IMG/VR virus record: IMGVR_UViG_3300035703_000093
Span: 1-62,954 of that record
Length of the DNA: 62,954 nucleotides
Direction: 5' to 3' (one strand)
Origin: a virus
Lineage: Duplodnaviria; Caudoviricetes
The position numbers and the translations under genes were made by a program. The notes under the pieces were generated by a model that saw only the letters and a program-made list of their open reading frames with translations, had not been told where the DNA came from and made no database searches. Positions 38,101-47,100 of this stretch are shown in pieces; positions within the stretch are counted from its first letter, which is position 1, and the number at the start of each line of letters is the position of its first letter.

Positions 38101-41100
38101 GATGCCGAGGATATGCTCGGGGGTGGCGCGGGCGGGCATCTTGGCGCGGACGGCTTCCGCAAGGGCGGAGTAGAAGCCGGGCTCGACGTATTCGACGCGG
38201 CGGTTGGAGGCGCTTAGGCTGACGTCATTGACGTCGTTGTCCTCATTGACGGATGGGGAGCTGAAGCGGTCGGCGTCTTCTTGGAGCTGGGCTTCGAGGT
38301 CGGCGAGATCGATCTCGGGGGAGGTTTCGAGCGGGTCGTCGCCGGGGCGGCGGTCGGCGTCGAGTTCGGCGGCGACGCGGGCGCTGGTTACGCGGTCCCA
38401 GCCGGGGCCGCCGGCGAGGGTGGCGTCGAGGGCGGGGGTGTATAGGCCGGATTGAGGATCACGCTTTCCAGTTTGGCGCGGTTCTCCGGCAGGTAGTCCG
38501 CGTTGATTTTGCGCAGCTCCTCCAGACTGAGTTTGGAGAGGTCCGTCACTGTCTCCGAGGGGGATGCCGCCGGGGCCGTAGGTGCGGACGGGGGCGGAGG
38601 GGAGACGGAGGTCTGCGACGGCGGCGGGAGAGAGGGCAATGAATTCATGGCTCGGTTTCTTGGGACTACCACGGAAGGTTCGGAGGACGGTCCAACCAGC
38701 CTTTTCAAGCTGATCGACGACGCGACCGTTGAAATTGTTGGTCACCACATACCGCACATCGCTCCCCTTGGGAAGCAGATACTTTTCGAACTTCTGGAAC
38801 CAGAGGGCGGGGTTGGCATCGCCGAGGGTGGTGTTGCCGTAGTTCATGACGGCCGCGCCGGCGGCGGTCTGCTCGTCGGTGGGGAAGTAGGAGGTATCGA
38901 CGAAGACGAGGGCACCGGCGGGGGCATCGGCGGCGAGCTGCCAGCCGTCGCCCTGGCGGATGGTGGCCTCGGTGAAGCGGCGGGAGGCGTCGCGAATGAG
39001 AGCTGGCATGTCCGCACTCCAGACGCGGGAGGGGCGGTTGTGCTTCATCGAGTTCGAGGGGTTGTCCCAGTAGATGAAGGCGAAGTCGTCCTTGCCGTTG
39101 AGTTTGCCGCCGGTGAACGTGCGCGGTTTGCCCTCGGCATCGAGGTCGAAATCCACGACGCGGTTTTCCGCCATGTTGTTCTGGAGGAAGAGGTAGAGGG
39201 CTGCGGTGCGCGGGGTGTCGGGCAGCGGGAAGCGGCCCATGGCGTCACGGGCCTGCGTGGGGAGGTAGTCCTCCAGCGTCTGGTTGATCCAGGCGTGGAT
39301 ATTCCGGCGCTTCTCCATGGTGGCCTCGTAGGTGGGCTGGATATCGGTGATGGGGAAGGCGGTGTCGAAGGCAGAGCGCAGGCTGATGAGTTCGCGCACG
39401 ACGGCGGCGGGGGCGTCCTTGATCTGGCGGTTGGTGATGCTGCGGGAGTATTCCCATTCGTTCCAGGTGGAGCCGGCGGGGAGGTTGCCCTGCTGGGCGA
39501 GGAAGTGGGTGTAGATGGCGGCTCCGCCGAAGGCATCGAGCACGACGGTGGCGGGCTCGACGAGGGAGAGGTAGAAGGTGCCGTGGCGGCCGAGGAGGTC
39601 GCCTTTGTTGCCGCTGATGAGGTAGGGGGCGATGGCTTTGATGGCGTTCGCCGTCATCGGTGAGCCTTCGGGGACGGGGAGGGTTTCGAGGCGGTAGTCG
39701 TCGAAGGAGGTGCCCCAGAAGTCGGCCTGTTTGTTCTCGGTTCCTGGTTCGCTGTTCTCGGTTGAAACAGGGCGGACAGGAGTGTCCGCGCTCCCTTGAG
39801 GAACAGCGACGGGGAAGCTCATGTCATCTTCGTCGAGGGCGGCTTGGCGGCGGGCGATGTCCGGGGGCATCTCACCGAAGCGGCGTTCGATATGGGGCGC
39901 GTAGGGGCGGAGGGCCTGCTGGGCGGCCTCGGGGGTGATCTCGGGGAGGTCACGCTCGGCCATGACGGTGTTCCAGGCGCTGCGGAGGTGCGGGTGCTTG
40001 AGCGCGTGGAAGGCGTCGGCGGGGAGGCGTTTGACGAGGTGGGCGAGGAGCTGCGGGAAGGCGGTGATGCCGTGGCGCTCGACCGCGCCATCGACGAGGC
40101 GGGAGGCGGCGTCACGGAGGCGGGGGGAGGCGGCGAGCAATCCTGCCTCCTGGAGGGCGGCGATGACTTCGGCGTCGTCAGCGGCGTCCAAGGCATCGCG
40201 GGCAGGATTGCCCGCGCTATTGTTGAGGCGCAGGTGGTTGGGGCCGGCGGTGAGGTTGAGGGTCTGGCCGGGCTGGGGGGTGACGGAGCCGAAGCGGTCG
40301 CTGTCGAGGGTGAGGGGGTCGGTGTCCTGGACGGTGAACCATTCGGAGCCGATCTGGATCTCGTCCTCGGGCTCGAGTTCGCGGGCGAGTTCCTCGGTGG
40401 TGAAGGGCTGGCCAGTGGCTCCGGCGGCGTAGGCGGCGAAGTCCTGGGCGCTGGCGAGGGCTTCTGCGGCATCGCGGGCTTCGATGTCCTGCACGCTGTC
40501 TGTGTTCTTGGCGGCCATGCGGGCATCGAGGGCATCGAGGATGGCAAGGCCGAGTTCCTGGCCGGAAGAAACGGACCACGGGCGGGCGATGCGGGTGTCC
40601 TGCTCGGTGGTTTGCTCGGTGTCAGAAAGCTGACCGGCGGCTTCGTCGATGCTGGATGGCTCGGAAAGGTTAACGATGCCTTCCTGAAGCAGCCAGGCGC
40701 GTTTGCGGGCGGGGTCGCTCACATCCCCCTTCCGTGCAGCGGTCTGCGCTTCACGTTTGCTTTGAGTTGGGCCGTTTTCGGCGTCGCGGGTGAGGTCGCG
40801 CCACCAGTCCCAGTTGGAGCTTTCATTTGGGCCGCCGATGCCGCCAAAGCGCTCCTTGAGTTCGGAGATGATGTCTCCTCCCACGGGTGGTGGCAGGGCT
40901 TTGGATTTCGACTCCGGCATTTTGGCCCAGGAGCGAAAACTGACGGGGCGGAAGATGGAGAATGACGAGGCTTTGGGCGCTTCCTCGACAAGGTGGTCAT
41001 GGTAGGCTTTGAGCTTTTCCTCGATTTCGGCGGAGGTGAGCGTGGTGTGCTCCATGAGCCTGGCGATGAGCGCGAGTCCACGCTGCTGCGCTTTTTGCTT

Positions 41101-44100
41101 CTCCGCCTTGGTCGCAGTGTCGGACTCCATGATTTTCGCATCGAGCTTGAACTGGAAGGCGGCGAGGGAGTCGGCGTCGGGGAAGGAGGCTTCCCGGCTG
41201 GTGCCTTTCTTGGCGAGGGGGATTTTGAAATCGAGTTTTACCTTTTGCGGAGGTGTGTCCCGAGTTTGCACCACGGGCATTCCGTCGGATCGCATTCCTT
41301 GCGGCCATGCAGCCACATTGTCAGTTCCCGTGGGCACTCCGGCGGGGTTTCCGCCTGCATTCTCTGGCGAAAGGCCCGAGCCTGTTGCAGCGTCTGCTGA
41401 ACCGATACCGGGCAGTCCGGCTTGAGAGGCGGGCGCTGGTAAAGCGGTGCTGGCAGATGCGCTATCACGGTTTGAACTCTTAGTAGCAGGCCGGCCGATG
41501 CGCAAGATTTCTTCTGTTCCGGCGTTATTGGTAGAGGGGCTGGTGTTTCCTCCACCAAGAATGGGTTGTTCTCCTCCAGCCATTTTTCGTGAGTCATTTC
41601 GTGAGTCATTGTTTTTATTGGGTAGATTATTTTGGGAAACTGGGGATTCGGCTACGGCAGGCGCAGGCGTGGTGGTGGCGGGCTGGGGGCGGCGGCTGAT
41701 GCGCAGGAGGCGCTCGGCTTCGCTGTGGGGGATGGTTGCGGCGACGTGGGGGTAGGTGAGGGCGAGGTCGTCAAGGGCCTGCTGGCGGATGACGACGCGG
41801 TCGTTGCGCACGTAGGCGGCTCCGGCGGGATCTTCGGCGGTCTGCCATTTGGCGGGCTGGGACTGGACGTAGGCGAGGTCGTCGAGCGCGAGCTGGTGCT
41901 CCAGGCTGCCGGCGAGGGTGAACTCGACGGCGAGGAGGGCGGACTTGAGGCGGGAGAGGGTGTAGATGCGGGCTCCGCCTTCGTCGATGGCGGACTGATC
42001 CACGCCGAGGCCGAGGGCGGCGAGCATGCGCTGCTCGCTGATGCCGATGGTGCGCCAGTCGGCGGCACGGCGGCGCTGGCCGATCTTGCCGGTGCCGAGG
42101 AGCATGAGGAGGGCGGCCTTGGTGGCGTCCTGGCGTCCGGCCTGGCGGGCGAGTTCGAGTTCGCGGGCGGCGTTGTCCTCCAGGAAGAAGCGGGCGCGGT
42201 TCTGGGCCACGACCACGGCGCGGGCGGCGGCGGCACGCTCCTGCTCCTCCAGGCGGTATTTGGCGGTGACGAGGTTGTCGAGCTTGTTGGCCTTGGCGAA
42301 GTCCTCGATCTCGGCGTCGCGGGCGGCGAGCGCTTCCTCAACCTGGGCCATGCGGGCGGTGCGCTGCCGGGCCTGTTGCACCATGGCCTCGACGGCGGCC
42401 TCGTTGATGAAGGCGGGCTTGATCTGGCCGGGGCGCGGGGCCTCGGTGATCTGCAACTTTGGCAGGGTGACGGGCGGCCTATCTTTGACAAGCTCGGAAG
42501 GTAGAGAAGCAAACGCGGCGAGGCGTTTGTTGGTGTTCTCGGTTCGCTGTTCGCTGTTCGCGGTTGTCGGAGGCAGGGACTGGACGAAGCGGGCTCCGGC
42601 GAGGTCGGCGGCGGCTTTAAGCAGGCCGACGTGGAGGGTGGCGAGGGCGGTTTTGGCGGCGTCCGGCTGGGCGGAGAGCAGGCGCTGGAGGTCGGTGCGC
42701 TGGTCCGGGGCCGTGCGGGAGACGAGGCTGGAGACGAGGCGGGTGAGGAGGTTCGCTGTTCGCTGTTGGCTGTTCGCGGTTGGGGCGCGGGGGGCGGAAG
42801 GAAGCGGGCCGCCGGAGGCACGCGAGGGGTTAAAAGAGTTGACTTCGGGCGGAGTGGCTTCACCCTTCGTCGGCGATTGCTGCTGTGCATCTTCAATGGT
42901 GCCAACCGGACCCCTGCCTAGCACGTCCGATTGATTCCGAGCTTCATCTATATCCGGGTTCCCGGTGCGAATAGCACGAGCAGCAATCGCCTTTTCTGTT
43001 TTTGGATCGTTTTCGGCAAGCCACTCAACAGCCTCTATCAGTCCAATAGTGATTTGCACAAAATCTAAGGCGTCATCAACCATCACATAGTGGTCAACTG
43101 GCCTCAGAACTTTTGCGTGATCTCGAACGGAAACTTCCAAATTGCCGCCACGACCAAGGATATACCAAGAACCATGAAATGTTGCTCCAGAATTGCGGTA
43201 GCCAAAAGACAACAGCTTGTCAGATAATTCTCTTTTTAACCTGAATCCAAGCTGGCGAATTTCTTCATCTACCTCGGCTTCTGTCAGGCCAAAACCTGAC
43301 TCAACGGCATCTTTGCGATACTCTCGGCGAATTTCTGCCGACTCATTTTCAAATTCGCTGCGAAAATCATCAATGGCATCAAGGGCTTGCTTGCTTGCCT
43401 CCGCCTCAGTCAGACCGCCCGGCGAAGGCTCATTGTTTTGGGCGGCCCCGGAGTCGGATGCCATGGGGGAATCTGCGCGGTCGGCGCTGCCAAGCAAGGT
43501 GTTTTGGACTTGCCGGCGGGTGAGGTCGCTGGCGGCCATGTCGGCGAGGAGGTGACGCATCAGGGCGTCCTTGGGGGCTTTGTTCCCGGTTCGCTGTTCT
43601 CGGTTCGCGGTTCGCGGTTGGGCGGAGCGCCAGCTTTGGAAGGCGAGGGACTGGAGGGCGGGGGTGAGCAGGTCGAAGAGGCGGGCGAGTGGCTCAGGGG
43701 CGAGGGCGGGGTCGGTCTTGGCGAGGTGCTCGAAGAGCACGCCGGTGCGCATGGCCTGGACGGCGATGGAGCCGGGATCGCGCAGGATGACGGGACGGGC
43801 GGCGGCGTCGGGGTTGGCTGCGGCGGCTGAATCCACCTGCGCGAGGTGGGCGTCGATGGCCTGGGCCATCTGGTCGAGCTGCTGCTTGAACTCGGGCTGC
43901 ATGCGGCCGGCGATCTGGCGCACGAGATCGGCGAGGGCGGCGAGCATGTCCCGCAGCCAGCCGATGAGGCCGGCGGGTGGGTCCACGGCCTCGGTGACGG
44001 CTCCCTGGCGGAAGACGCTCTGGAAATACATGCGCTCATACTCGCGCATGAGGTGGTAGGCCTGGGCGTCAGAGAGCGCGGTCTTCGGCAGGGTGGCGTC

Positions 44101-47100
44101 CTCCTTGCGGCTCTTCTGACGGAACTTGCTGTTGTGGTAGGCGACGTAGATGCTGCGCTGGTCCTCACGGGAGAGGGAGCGCCATTTCGCGATGGTGGCG
44201 GCGCGGCCGAACTGCTCCGGGAACTGCTGCTCAAGGCGAAGCTGGCCGGCGTGGACGTTTTCCTCCTCGTTCGTGGCGGCGAGGGCCTGGGCGGGGCTGC
44301 CGAGGTAGCCGAACTGGGCGAGCATGGCGTCCAGGTCGATGAGGCGGGTGATGCGTCCGTCGATGTTCTCCACGGCGGTCATCTGGCCGCCGAGGCGTTT
44401 CACAGCCACGGGGCCGATGGCGAGGGCGTCGTAGAGTCCGCCGGCGAGCTTCGCGGCGACGTCGTTCTCGAGCAGGTTGAGGAACTGTCGCGCCCAGGCT
44501 TTGCGGGCGTTGAGGGCCTTCTGCCTGGCTTCCTTCTTCGCCTTGTCCTTGGTGCGGGCGATGGAGGGGTCTTTGATGCGCGAGAGGCTGGCAAGGCGGG
44601 CACGGGTCCAGGCGGCGGACTTGCGCAGGGCCTTCGCAGGCGCGGTGCTGCCCTGCGGGATCTCGATGCGGCCGGCGGTGGGGTCGGAGGCGGTGGGTGA
44701 GGGTTTGCCGTTGTTGGCGGTGGTTTGCCGTTGTTTCTTGGCGGCGGCGAGGGGGATGGAGGACTGGGATTTGTCACCGAAGTGGAGGGCGGCGGCGGTG
44801 TTGGCGCGGGTGGGGTTCCAGCCGAGTTTGTTTTCGAGCGCCTGGCGCAGTTCGGTGTGATCTAGAGCGCCGGACTGCTGGGCGACGATGGCGGCGGACT
44901 GCTGCTCGGTCATTTCCTTGGCCTGCACCGCTTTTTTGACGGCGGCAAAGACTTCCTGGGAAGGTTGACCGGGGATGGCGTCGTCGAGGGCGGTTTGGAC
45001 GGCTGGAGGAAGGTTGGAAGCGGGAGCGGAAGCCACGGCAGACGCGGAGGTCTGCCCTCCGGTGGCGGCGGCGGCCTTGGCTTCCATCTCGGCCTTGACC
45101 TTTTCGAGGCGTCCGCCGGGGTTGGCCTTGAGGGGGTTGGTGGCGATGTCCTTGGAATTGAGCGAGCCGGTGATGCCGAGGTCGTCGAGGGCGGCGCGGA
45201 ACTTCGGGCCTTCGGCGATGATCTGCTCGTAGGACAGGCCGTCGAACTCCGGCAGGGCGGTGATCTTCGCGGCGGCGGCCTTGGCATCCGCCTCTGGCAG
45301 ACCGCGTTGGACGAGGTGATTGGCGAGGGTGTCGGCGACAGTGGCGGGGGCTTCGGTCACGGCAGACGCGGATGTCTGCCCTCCTACCTCATTCCCAGGC
45401 TGTGGAGCAGGCTGCCCGCTTGGTGACGGCTGAGTCCCTTGTCCAGCAGGATTTTGAACTGGGCTTTGGTTGGGGCCTGCGACAGCGTCAGGTGCAGCAC
45501 CTTGCGCTGGTCCGGGTTGAGGTTGCTGAGGTCCGGGTTGAGTTTGTCCGGCAGGCTGCTGTCCGGGCTGGGTGGTTTGGGCATAACGGTTGCGGGTTGC
45601 GGTTTCGGTGCCGGGGATGGCGTTGGCGACGGCTTCGAGGCCGTGATCGCGCAGGGCCTGGACGTAGCTGTCCTTGATGACTGGCAGGCCGCCTTTGTCG
45701 ATGTCGAGCACCTTCGGTCCCTGGTAGTCCTTGAGCGGCTTGAAGTCGGTGCCGTCACGGGTCCAGCCAGCGGCGTTGAGGTCGGCCTCGTCCACGTCGA
45801 AGAGTTCACCCCCTTGGGCGAGGTGCAGGGCGAGCGATGCGCGGCGCTGCTGCTGCTCGGTGAGCGCGGCGTCCACCTTGCCAGCGGCGTCGATAGCCTG
45901 GTGGTTGTCGATGGCGGTCCAGGCGGTGGCGACGGTTTCCGGGAGGTTGGCGGGGTTGCGCTCGTTTTCCGGCAGGACGGTGCTGTCCTGGAAGGCGGCG
46001 GCTCCCTGGCCTGCGCCACCGAGGACGGTGGTGGCGACGGCGAGTTCGGGAAGGCCTTTGCCGAGGAAATCGACGAGGGCCTGCTTGGCGGCGGCGTTCT
46101 CCTGGCCGGGCTTGGCGGTGGCGGCAGCGGCGAGCATCTGGGAGATCGCCTCATCCGGGGCTTCCTCGAGGGTTTCCCAGGCTCCGCCTTTGATGAATTC
46201 TTTCCCCACGAGGCCCATCTGTTGCAGGCGGCTGGTGAAGACCTTGGCGGCGAGTTCCTTGGCCTCCTGCGGGCGGGTGAGGAAGCGCTCGATGCCTTTG
46301 GAGCCGAAGGTGAGGGTGAGGAGGCTGGTGGAAAGACCAGACCAGAGCGCGGGCATCTGGGCCTGCTGGAGGGCCTCGGCGTGCGTCATCTCCGGGTGGT
46401 CCTTGCGGAGTTGGGTGTAGATGTCGCCAAGCTGGGCGGCGTAGGTCTGCGCACCTCCGGCGGTGGCGGCCCCGGCCATGCCGGCGCGGCGCAGAGTATC
46501 GACCGCCTTGACCATCTGCGGCATGCTGGCGGATTCCGCCACGGCGGCGGACAGGCTGGGCAGGAAGCGGGCACCGAGCTTGGTGGCAGCGAAGGCGCGG
46601 GTGGCGGACATGGCGACCTTGGCACCGCCGGCGGCGGGCACGAGGGAGCCGGCGAGGCGGGGGAGCTGGTCGAACAGGCCTCGGGTGAGGAAGTTGTCGC
46701 TGGTCTGACCATAGACAGCCTTCTGCTGGCCGAGGGCCTCGGCGCTGTTCGAAGCACGCTGGCTGAGGCCCATGAGTTCTTCGTCGGCGATGCCACGGGT
46801 GACGCGGTTCGAGCCTAGGATGCCCGCACCGAGGGCGGCGGACTGGCCGACGAGGTCGGCGACGGACTGGAGCAGTCCGACGCCAAACTGCTTGGTTTTG
46901 GCGAGCATGGTGCCCAGTGGTCCTTCGGCGGCGGTCTTGTTCTTCTCGACAAACTGCAAGGCCCATTCCTCGGGCGTCACATCTTTGGGGCGTTTGGTTT
47001 CCCAGGCTTTCCAGGTGGCGTCCTCACCGAGCACTTTCTGGTAGTGCTGGATGGTGTCGAGCGTTTGCTTTGCCTGCTGGGCGCGGATCTCGGGATAGCG

